Below are positions 36,752 to 46,800 of a DNA stretch of 64,000 nt, one piece after another. Position 1 is the stretch's first letter, and each line of letters begins with the position of its first letter. The translations under genes and the position numbers were made by a program. The notes beneath the pieces were generated by a model. The model was given only the letters and a program-made list of their open reading frames with translations, searched no databases and was not told the DNA's origin. The stretch spans positions 1 through 64,000 of the forward strand of contig JAVECO010000129.1 of assembly GCA_051942205.1 (NCBI GenBank), read 5' to 3'. The stretch is from Coniocarpon cinnabarinum. Taxonomy: Eukaryota.

Positions 36752-38556
36752 ATGGGAGCATTCGGCAATGACGAGTGGAACGCGGATGGCACCGTCGCCA
36801 TGACGGCCTTCATCAAAGCCCAGAAACTCAAAGTCCCGGGCATGAAGTCTTCTTCAGCCTTTGACAAGAATCTCGAAGAGGCCCTGGACCTGCGTCGTGC
36901 CGACCATGCCTTCTATGCACAGCTCATGCCGCCTTGGCGCTCCGGCGAATGCGCGGACTTCAGCTCCAACGACCTCCTGTCTTTTGGGACTCAAGGTCTC
37001 ATCCGCGACGCCTTCATGAAAGAATTGGATCTGCATCCTTCCTTTAATTTATACGCTGGTAAGATTGTTGTCTCTTCCCAGGAAATGTTCTCTGAAAAAA
37101 AAATAAAGAAAAAAACTCAAAAAAATAATTTTTGTGCTGACAATCTCACCTCAGGCGGTTCGCGACTTACCGGGGGCAACTACCCCTATATTGAGCAGGT
37201 GGAAAAGGAGATCGCTGAATTCCACGGCGTTGAGACCTCGTTGTTGGTTTCGAGCGGGTTTGAAGCCAACATGGCTATTTTCTCGGCGCTCCCCCGCCCC
37301 GGCGATGCCATCGTGTATGATGAGCTCGTACATGCCTCCACTCATGATGGCATGTCACACAGCAATGCTCTGTGCCGACAGTCTTTCCGACACAACGATC
37401 CCGACTCCTTCCGTGACACCATTGCCAATGTTATGAGCACACAGAACATGATTGCCAATGGATCTCGGAGCATTATCATCGCTGTTGAATCTGTGTACTC
37501 AATGGACGGAGATATCTGCCCTATTGAGGAGCTGCTTGAGATTGCGAGGGAAGAGATGCCCGCTAACAATTTTGCGTTCGTCTTGGATGAGGCGCATGCC
37601 ACAGGCATTATGGGTCCAAAGGGCGGCGGTGAGTCTTGACCAGACACTTGTATCCATACATTCGTTGGACAGTCTCCTGATCATTCTAGGTCTCGCCCAA
37701 GAGCTCGGCATCGAGAAGGACATTGCAGTCCGCCTGCACACATACGGAAAGGCGATGGCCTCTACAGGAGGTAAGTCACCCCCGTTAGCCGTTTGCTCAA
37801 CTGAATACTCACACTCGTGACATAGCCGTCATTCTTGGCAGTGCTAGCATTCGCTCAACCATCCAAAACTTCGCTCGCTCGCTCCTCTTCACGACCGCCC
37901 CCAGCTTCCCCGCCACGGCCGCCGCCCGCGCAGCCTACAACCTCATGAAGGATGGCACACAAGAAAAGGTATAACAATCCCATTCCTCCCTTTTAGCCCC
38001 CTTAGCCCTCCCGTCACTTCTCGGCACCATTCTTTCTCCCTCCTTTCCAGCACCCTCGCCCATCTTTCTCCACCCTCCACATCTCCCCACCTGCTAACCT
38101 CGACTTGTCCCGCAGATGCTCAACAACATCCAACAAAACGTCAAATACTTCTTCCAACTAATGACCACCCACCCAATCTGGCCCCAAGCCGTCGAAAACG
38201 GCATCCTCTCCATCCCCCTCAGCGAAGACTGGGACACCCGCCCCCACTTCGTGCACATGGTCCCCGTCTGGTCCCGCCAGCGGTACACCTACTGGCTCTC
38301 CTTCCACCTGAACCTCACGGGCATCAGCGCGTACCCCATTGATTACCCGACCGTCCCCAAGGGCCAGAGCCGCATCCGCTTGATCTTCCACGGCGCGAAT
38401 ACCAAGCCGGAGATTGAGCGGCTGGTCAAGAGTATTTGTGATTTCGCGGCGGAGATGCTGGAGATTGAGTCAGGCAAGTCGGAGGAGAAGGCGCCGAGGG
38501 CCGCGCGGTATGTTTACAGTCTTTTGGCGGCGAATGCGGCGGAGAAGGGGGCGTAA
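36752..38556 (+). CDS. PLP-dependent alpha-oxoamine synthase, copy 2, ~481 aa (exons 36752-37058, 37155-37628, 37690-37770, 37826-37968, 38116-38556)
   Basis: DFSSNDLL, GGSRLTGG, YDELVHAS, FRHND, ESVYSMDGD, DEAHA, catalytic HTYGK, FTTAP, PTVPKGQSRIR; exons total 1446 nt. Confidence 0.93.
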
Positions 38557-40243
38557 GGTGTGATGAGTGATGGAGGAAGGGTGATGCGGTAGTGGCGCGA
38601 GAGGTGAACCAGGGTCCTTGTGGGTATAGACATTGTTGCGCGTGTAAATCGCTCATTCTATTAGATGTGATCATTTGAGTTTGCGTATTTGCAGAAAATA
38701 TATACTCGACTGTTTTGAAAGTTTTTTTTTTTCCCTTTTTTTCCAGAGCCAGAGATTGGCTTGAAGATTTTGAGACTTCCAAAAGGTTGGGAGATTTCTC
38801 GCTAGACACGATCCTAAACGGTGGCTTGACAAGGATGTCGCTGCGTTGTTACCATCTCTGGTGCACATTCTCGAATCGATTAAGAAAGCACTACTTAGGC
38901 TTACAATGTATCAACGTTGTTCTACCTCGATTCGGTTTAATCGCGAACAGCACGATCGTCTGATAGATTGCAAGGCAGCTTAAAATAAGGCAGCTCGAAA
39001 TAAAGCAGCTCGAGGAACAAGCGTATCAGCCGAGCACGCACGACGGAGAAGGGGAAAGCTAGCGGAAAAAGGAGGCAGAGCGGCGGAATGAGCATGTTTG
39101 TTTAAGCACTTTGTTCTCTCAAGACAGCTCTTAGATCGTCGTCAAGTCTTTGCATTTTGTGAAAAAGAAGAAAAAAAATTTGGTGAAATAGAAACAAGAG
39201 AGGTAACGCTCTGGGTAACGCTCAAGGGCCACGAAAAGCACTTGCGCATGCAATTAGATACCCGAGATCCAATACATTCACCGTCTGGAAGTATTTTCAC
39301 TTCAGAAAAGAAGCCACATTCCGTACGGCATCATGCTGTTCTAATTGCCCAAAACATCTCTTGATTCTCGTAAAAAAAATACACCATCGCTTTACAAACA
39401 ACTTTCATCAACCCAGTCTAGCTCTATTTCTTCCAATTCATGTCCAATCAAACCTCCCATTTAACTTCTAGTTGCTAGTAAGACATTAAACACAGATATG
39501 ACTTGTCTTCTCTTCAAATTTTGTTTCATTCCTTTCCTTTTGCATCCCTGTTCAAGCGACCACAAGGTCGACAAATGCCCGAAGGCGACGGAAGATACGG
39601 GGCAGAAAGCACGTGGCTTTGCAAGGCGGGGGAAAAGAGCGAAAGAAGAGGGGATTGGTCTGACTGGAGCGGGCGAGGCAGGAGAAGGAGAAGAAGGAGA
39701 GGAATGAGAGGAAGGAGGAGAAGAAGAATGACAAGGGCAACGAGGCTGGGCAATGCAAAGTCCACCTTTTCGTCTTTAATTTAGCATTCCCCAACTTCTT
39801 CTGTTTTAATAACCCCTCTACCAGTACAGCGTCATACTACTTTTCTTTAAGATTATTTTTGAGGCGAGCATCGCCTCAAGACTGTCCAAGTACGATCGAG
39901 GAGGTGAAGACGAGGGGCAGTGAAGTGATGAAGCAGAAGGGAACAAAACGTTAGAAGAAGAGGCTAGAGCGTGCAAGTCAGAAGGAGGCGAAGGTTTTAC
40001 CCCTACTACAACTCGCTATCCTATGAATCTTCCTATTTATTGTTTCATTTATTAGTATGACATTATAGTACAAATATAAATTATTTCCTACTCTTGGATT
40101 TTCTTTCTCTTTTCTCTCTTCTTTTAAATTACGAGCCTCAGAGGCGAAAGAAAATGAGCTTGAGAACGAAATCGACAGGAGGGAGTAGGGGCGGGGGTGG
40201 GGAAGGTAGGAGAAGGAGGGTTGGGACGTGGTAAAGGAGACGG

Positions 40244-40522
40244 CAGTGTGGTCAATAGTTAGGTTATGGTTCGGTTTCGGTTCAGTAGCGCTATAACTAG
40301 ACCGATAAAGAGCAATAACCAAACCGATATCTTAATAGTTAACTATAACCGAACTACTAATAACTAGACTATTGACCGCTCTATAGAGTGGTTAATAGTT
40401 AGGTTATAGTTTGGTTACGGTTCGGTAGCGTTATAACTAAACCAATAACAGTAACAACCAAACCGATATCCTAATAGTTAACCATAACCGAACTAATAAT
40501 AACCGAACTATTGACCACACTG
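40244..40522. mobile_element. Non-autonomous TIR element (MITE, hAT-like) made of two ~140-bp tandem units
   Basis: Perfect 17-bp outer TIR CAGTGTGGTCAATAGTT/AACTATTGACCACACTG; degenerate TIR copies at the internal junction (40383/40384); flanks GGAGACGG and GGAGAGGG form a 7/8 candidate 8-bp TSD. Confidence 0.75.
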
Positions 40523-41519
40523 GGAGAGGGCGAAGGCGCGGAAGTAGAGGTACTGTAGTAGGTGAGGCAGTAGAAGGCGAAGGAGAACAAGAAAGAGCAG
40601 AAGAACAAATAAAGAACGGAAAGGGGATGGAAACGAAGTAGAGAAGTAAAGAAAAAAAACCTCTTTGTAGCTGTATTTGGTCGTTTAAAGCTGAGGATGT
40701 ATTGTAATGGACTGTATATCAGCTAGCGAAGCCGTCATTTTCATCCGTCTAACCCTTATTCGAAGCTCCTAAAATCACTTACCCGTCATGCCACGAAACG
40801 TCTAATGTACTTATTGGCTAGGTTTTGCAGACCGAGCGTTCCCTTTCTCTCCCCCATTCTTACCTCCTTTTTCCACCTTCACCCACCCCGCCCACTCTAG
40901 AAGGGGAGTAAAAAAAGCGAGTAAATCAAGAAAGGAAAGAAAATTAAAAAAAAAATACAACGGACAAGAGGAACAAGATGAGCGAAGAAGGAGAAGAAGG
41001 GTCTTGCACCGGTATTGGACACGGCATACGTCTGATGCTCGATTGGTGGCTCCCTAAATCATGAAATGCTGAGGAACGGCGTGCATGGGTGACAGCAGCC
41101 GTGTAGAGAACCCACTGCCACATAGTAACCTCGCAAGTTATACAGCGCAGGACTTCTAATCGTCTAAGCCCTTTAATCCAAATATCCATCATCGCAAAGG
41201 CCAGCCACTCACTGATATCACCAACATTTTGTGTCCGTAACCCTATGGCCAAAATGACCACGACGCGGGACACATGCTTATTCAGCATCTAGCCCACTCC
41301 AAAGTATAATCAAGCTCCTCCTTCAGCTTCGCCGGCTAGAAGTCAGGTCATCGCACGTTGAGTCTATTGCATTATACTTCTCAAGCTTGTTCTGCGGCTT
41401 CTCTGACCGTCTGACTGGCGCTCAGTCCATCATGAAGTACTTTTCGAGCTCCTTCTGCAGCCTCTCCGGTTGGTGAGGGACGGCGGGAGGGTGAAGGGCC
41501 TATGGACAAGCAGAATAGG

Positions 41520-41803
41520 GACTTGTTGCTCGAAGATCCCAAGACAAAGATTCACCTCTGGCCATCATCCTGGCCCTGCAGTGGGAAAAGCTGGACCAGT
41601 GTCCACCGCATCAGCTGTCGAAGCAGCTTGAGAAGGTGTTTGTCGTGGATTGGGTGTGAGGGGCCTTACTGCTCAAAGACTTTTTGGACGAAGATATACC
41701 TCTGTCTACTATTCTGGCCCAGCGTTGGGACAAGCTGGACAAGTATCAACCAGACCAGCTGGAGAAGCTGGCGAAGCAGCCTGAGAAGTTTGTGATGAGA
41801 TGA
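41520..41803 (+). repeat. Degenerate ~140-bp tandem duplication with protein-like frame, possible pseudogene remnant
   Basis: QDKDSPLAIILALQWEKLDQCPPHQLSKQLEK vs LDEDIPLSTILAQRWDKLDKYQPDQLEKLAKQPEK, separated by a TGA. Confidence 0.5.
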
Positions 41804-41993
41804 ATTAGATGTGCGCTTGCAGTGCACTGTTCCACTCATGATGTCATTTTCCCATCATATCATTGGACGTTAACCTACAGCACATAAGGAATCCCAAACG
41901 CGCCCATAGCCAAAGCGGCGAGAGCTCCGACCCTGCCCACCCAAGTCTGTGAACTTCATGACAACGACTCTAGCATTCCTGAAATTCCACTAT

Positions 41994-43416
41994 CTACGCT
42001 GCAGTCGCCTCCTCCTTCTCCCTGCCACTTGTCGGCGACGCTATCGTGTCTTCAGTGGCTGCCACCGACGCTGGGCCCGTAGTCGACGTTGCACTCTGCG
42101 GGCTGGCCACGGAGGAGGGTGGCATGGCGTTTGATGCTGTCTACGTTAGCCTCTGAACAGTTGATGCTTTGGCCATTGTGTCGATCCATCCATGTCCCTT
42201 GTCCAGCCTCTTACCCATTTGCCTCATTCATGTAACCCAATTGCAGCCGAAGGCATCTCATCCCTAGACAGGATCGCTATCACGAAATAGAAAAGATCAG
42301 AACTCACTCATGGCTCCTGCGTTACTTGGTATAGGCTCCCAGCTCGGCTGCCAAGCCCTCAAATCCTCTTCAGCATCGTTTAGAATTGCCCGACCCTTGT
42401 CGGCGTTCTCAAACGTAGGATGGGCATCTCCGGGTACTATAGGTGTGTCGTCAAGCAAGGTAAGTAGGCGTCGAGCTTGCCTCGCAAGCAGTATCTGCTT
42501 CTCAGCACGTTCGATGGTGGCGGCAAGGTGAAGGTCATAGCTTGCTTTGAATTTTTGGCGGGTCTTTAGTATTAGCATGGATAGTGAACCCAGAAGCCGC
42601 GTGGACGTACAACGTTCGTAAGCTGCGCCTCTGCGACTAACGACTGAGCCTCCGCCCGAACCAGCTCCTGTTCCAATTCTGTGATTTTTGGGCTGTTCGG
42701 TTCTTTGTACCTATCGATCCTCGTCAGCCCTTGTGTCATTACGAGATGGTTCTTGACACCATAACGCATTGTCTTCATCATCCCATCGCAATGTTCACGA
42801 CGAAAGACTCACTTCAGCTTCTGGATCTCATCGGCGACCTTCCCCTTATGATCCCGACTCGGCTGGACACTCCTCTCAGTATTCCTAATCGCCTTGAGCA
42901 CGACTCTTGACTCCTCCAGATTCTGCGCGTAGGTATCTTCCTGTTCGCCAATCTCGCTGAGCAGCACGCCCAGCTTGTCACTCAGATCCGACACAGCGTC
43001 ATCGTTGGTCTCTTCGCCCCAGTCGGAGAGCTGGCTGGCGATGGCAGCGCGCTCGCGACCAGCGGTTTCATAAGCACCAATCGTGTGCGTTTCAGCTTTG
43101 ATGAGCTTGTAAAGTTTCTTGGAGAGGTCAGGCTGGGCGGCGCCGCGGAGACTGTTTAGGCAGGAGGGTCAGTCGAAGGTGTGCTGCAGCATAGGGACGC
43201 GTAGGGATCTAATGCGACCGGCTCTTCAGAAAGCCATCATGCTTGGCAGTATGGAGAGATGTCTGACGGACCTGTTCAACGTAAAGCGGTGCTTGGGCAA
43301 GCTCTTGTTGCTGCTCTCCGAGCCATCTTTCTTGGAGCGAATGGAGAGGGAGCGGTTCCTGCGTGGAGTGAATATCTCGCTGACAGCGTGATGCATGCTA
43401 GAGGTGCGTACATCAT
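41994..43416 (-). CDS. Eisosome BAR-domain protein, Pil1/Lsp1 family (6 exons)
   Basis: Spliced: MMNRSLSIRS...QPDLSKKLYKLIKAE...SQLSDWGE...SDKLGVLL...IRNTERSVQPSRD...LEQELVRAEAQSLVAEAQLTNVTRQKFK...IERAEKQ...LLDDTPIVPGD. Confidence 0.93.
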
Positions 43417-43864
43417 GCTCATCTTGATGGCGGGTCGGTCTTAGGTCCTACAGCTAGAGCAGGCACCGAGCAAGGGTTGGAGAAAGGAAGGTGCGGTCGC
43501 TGCGCCTGCTGATAATGAGCTGTCGCCGTGCGGCCGCCGTTGGACCACCACCGACGTCATTGGCCATATTCATCACATGCAGGCGCTGTTTTGGGAATGA
43601 GAGTTATGCAGCCTTACCTACTTAGTCCCACTTCCAAGGCGCCATAACTATCGCATGAAGACCAAAAGAATATAACGTCTTTCAGACATCGTTCGCTAAC
43701 TAATATACACTCGTAACGTCGTGACGGTCGTGTTATATGCCGCTTATTGATCAACAGAAACCTTTGCAAATGCAATCACCCATCGACGCCAAAATGCTTT
43801 CCAAAGATAGATCTCCACACCTTTTCGTCCTCGCTTTTTAGAAGACCTCAGTAGACTGAACATC

Positions 43865-46800
43865 TCAAACCATATCCATCGGATCGTCAATCACGGGGGG
43901 CGGTGTCTCTTGATGCGTCGCCCTAGGTGGAGAGCCGATGCTTCCATCAGTAGGAGGCGGAGCAATACTGATTGAAGATCTGTTCGCGTTGGACATGATC
44001 CCAGAGCGCTTCTTGCTCTGCCTTGATATCAGAACCTGCGCTGGGTGGACCACAATTTCTTCGTCCGTCTCGCCGTCATCATTTCCACGCTTGACGACTA
44101 GGGGAAAGAGGACAATCCGAACTGTTGCCGCTTGCTCTTCCAATTCCTCGTTTGGAGCTGTTTCACCGCTCCTTTCGTTCATCAGTGCTGCATTGAAGAA
44201 CATTTTCTTCGCCAGTTCACCATTCGTGTCATACTCAGGCCGCGGCGTGGGCAGCATCTCGTATCCGGCGCGCTGGGTACGCATCTCAATGGAGAGATCC
44301 ACCGCTGCATTCACAACATTCCGTAAAGATTCCTGAATTTGCTTCATCTGCTGTCTTGGTGGCGGCAACAGCCGTCCCAGAGCTCTCATGATCTCGCTCG
44401 TGACGGCGTCAGAATCAGACGAGCGTTGTTCAAAGAAAGCTTCGCGTCGCGACAGCAGACTCAACGTTGTTGCTCGCCACAGTGACACAGCTTTTGGCGG
44501 GCCGACCTCGCTCAACGTCTTCTCAAGCGACTTTAGCTTCTGTCGTTGATCTTTATCCACGCCGAACAGGTAGCGACCAAACACATATTCCCGAAGGATC
44601 GACATGATAATTGACATGAATACATCTCGTCGAAGCACGCGATCCATGAGGTAATCGTCCACGTCAGTTCCGTCAATCATGACGTTGTCGAGTCGGGTCT
44701 CGAGCGTTTCGTCGTTGGCTTCGGAAGACAATCGACACTTGAAATTGTCAGAATATTTCGAATACCGCAAGACCCAATGCTGGACAGCGCGACAGAGCTG
44801 TTGACAAGCCGTGTCGAAATAATCCTCATCCCGAATGTTCAGAAAATCTTTCTCCCCTGTCGAAGACGGAACTTGTCGCTGGAGTGTCTCGACCCGACCC
44901 GTTGCTGCCTCAAGCTCACCGCGCAGCGAGGCAATTTCTGCGTTGCGATCGTCAAGTGCCGCTGCAATCTCTTCACGCACAATATTCTCCATGCCAGAAG
45001 ACAGACGTCCGTGCTTCTCTTGCAAGTCTTCCAGCTGCCGTGAGGATTCTTGCCATCGCGTATGCGCTTCGTCTCGTTCTTGCTGAAGAGCTCCATACCG
45101 CCGATTGACATCTTCGCTGAGATTATCGTTTGCAACTTGCAGTTGAGAGTTGCGCTCCGTCAGTCGGTCGATCTCTGCTTGTAAGGTCTGCAACGCAGCC
45201 TTGATATTCTTAATCTCAAGATCCTTCTCGTTCAGTTGCATCTCTCGTGCCTGCAAGGACTTTTGCAATGGGCTGTTCGCCCCATGGTCATCGAGACCTT
45301 GCTGTGAGCGCGAGCGCGCAGTCTTGAGCGAGTCGTTCTCGGCTAGGGCTTCATCAAGCTTGTTCTGTAGCTCCAGCACCTGTAGGCTCTGGCGTTTGCG
45401 CACACTGGGAGGTCGTGTCGGCGAGCGAGGCGATGCGCGGGCGTCACCCACGGCTTCCTACAAAGGAATTGTCAGCAGAATCCTCGATGCGAAGATGCGC
45501 AAAGCTTACAAAGGTGCCGCCATCTGACATGTCGCGGCGCTCCCGGGTGTTCTTGACGCCGGTGCCTCTGAGCGGTTGATAGTCCGAGGGCGAGACGAGA
45601 GGGAGGGCCGCGTCGCGTGGGGCTTTCGAGTCCGAGTCGGGTGCACGGGCCTTGTCTGCCAAGGCGCCATCGCGCTTGTTAGCCGCGCGCAGATCGGAGG
45701 AGATGCTCCGAGAGACCGTCTTGTCGCCGATGCGCCGCAGTGAGTGGTTGCTGGTTCGAGAGTGGTTGCTCGCTCGCGAGTGGTTGCTGGCCCTCGAATG
45801 ATCACTGCCCAGCGACTGGTTGCTCGTTCTTGCTCGGAGCTGGTCAGTCTCTGCATATCCTTCCTCGTTGACTGTCGGTAGTCCACGATGGGATGGGCTC
45901 CATCCACTGCTGAAGCCTGCCTGTCTCAGTCCTGACGTGACCGCACTGTCAAAGTCTTCATCCCCCATCTTCCCGTCCGGCTTGCGCGCTTGTGGACGTC
46001 CACTCGAGCCAGATCGAGCGATTTCATCAACTTTGGGTGAAGGGTCTCGACGAGGTGAAACCAAATCCGAGTTGAAACCTGCTTGGCTTAGGCCGGCCGA
46101 GACAGCGCTGTCGAAATCGTCGTCCCTCATCTCGACACCTGATCGGGTTGCCGGGGTGCCTGTGTCTTCAACCGGCTCGCGCATATGTTCATCCTCAGGT
46201 TGGATATTGTCCTCGACTGTGATCGGGTCCACATCGTTGGGAATGAAGTTACTATTGAAACCTGCTTGCTTCAATCCAGCAGTAATCGCTTGCTCGAAAC
46301 TGTCGTCTTCTAGCTGCTTGTTTGACTGATGAAAAGTTGAATACCTGTTATCAATTGGCTGAGGTTGTTCTTCTCTGCTCGGCAAAGACACGTCTTCGGT
46401 AGTGTCTAGGATTCCGGCAGAACCCTTCGTAATGCGTTCAGCCGGAGCCAGCTGGGGTGCATCTTCTATGGCCTCGAGACCGAAGGTGTCTCTAAAAGAG
46501 CCTAGCTCGGGCTCAGGCTTAGATGTTTCATCCTCGTAGGAATGCCGTTTCTGCCCGGTTGCTACCATACTAGCATCACCATTTGGCTCTGGCACATCTT
46601 CGTCTCCGGGTAGGTCTTCGTCTTCATCCATCTGAGCCATGGCCTCATTGTCATGTTCGGGTATCTCCCCAATCCTTTCTAGCATGTCTTCCACACGCTC
46701 TGGGAGATCCTCCATCGATTCTTGCATATCTTCAGCCAGCTCTGGCGACTTTTCAGCAGAAATTTGTTGCGGTGTCTGTTGGTAGAAGTAAGACACGGGC

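Noticed and set aside
37969..38115. Very pyrimidine-rich tract with CCCTTAG-like words
   Set aside because: Lies inside intron 4 of synthase 2; not a telomeric array
15122..38556. Calling the locus a fumonisin/AAL-toxin cluster
   Set aside because: No tricarballylate genes (NRPS-like C domain, acyl-CoA synthetase, carrier), no P450, and the cMT is degenerate
40244..40522. CRISPR-like or structured ncRNA reading of the repeats
   Set aside because: Eukaryotic DNA, only two units, no spacers; TIR plus TSD structure explains it
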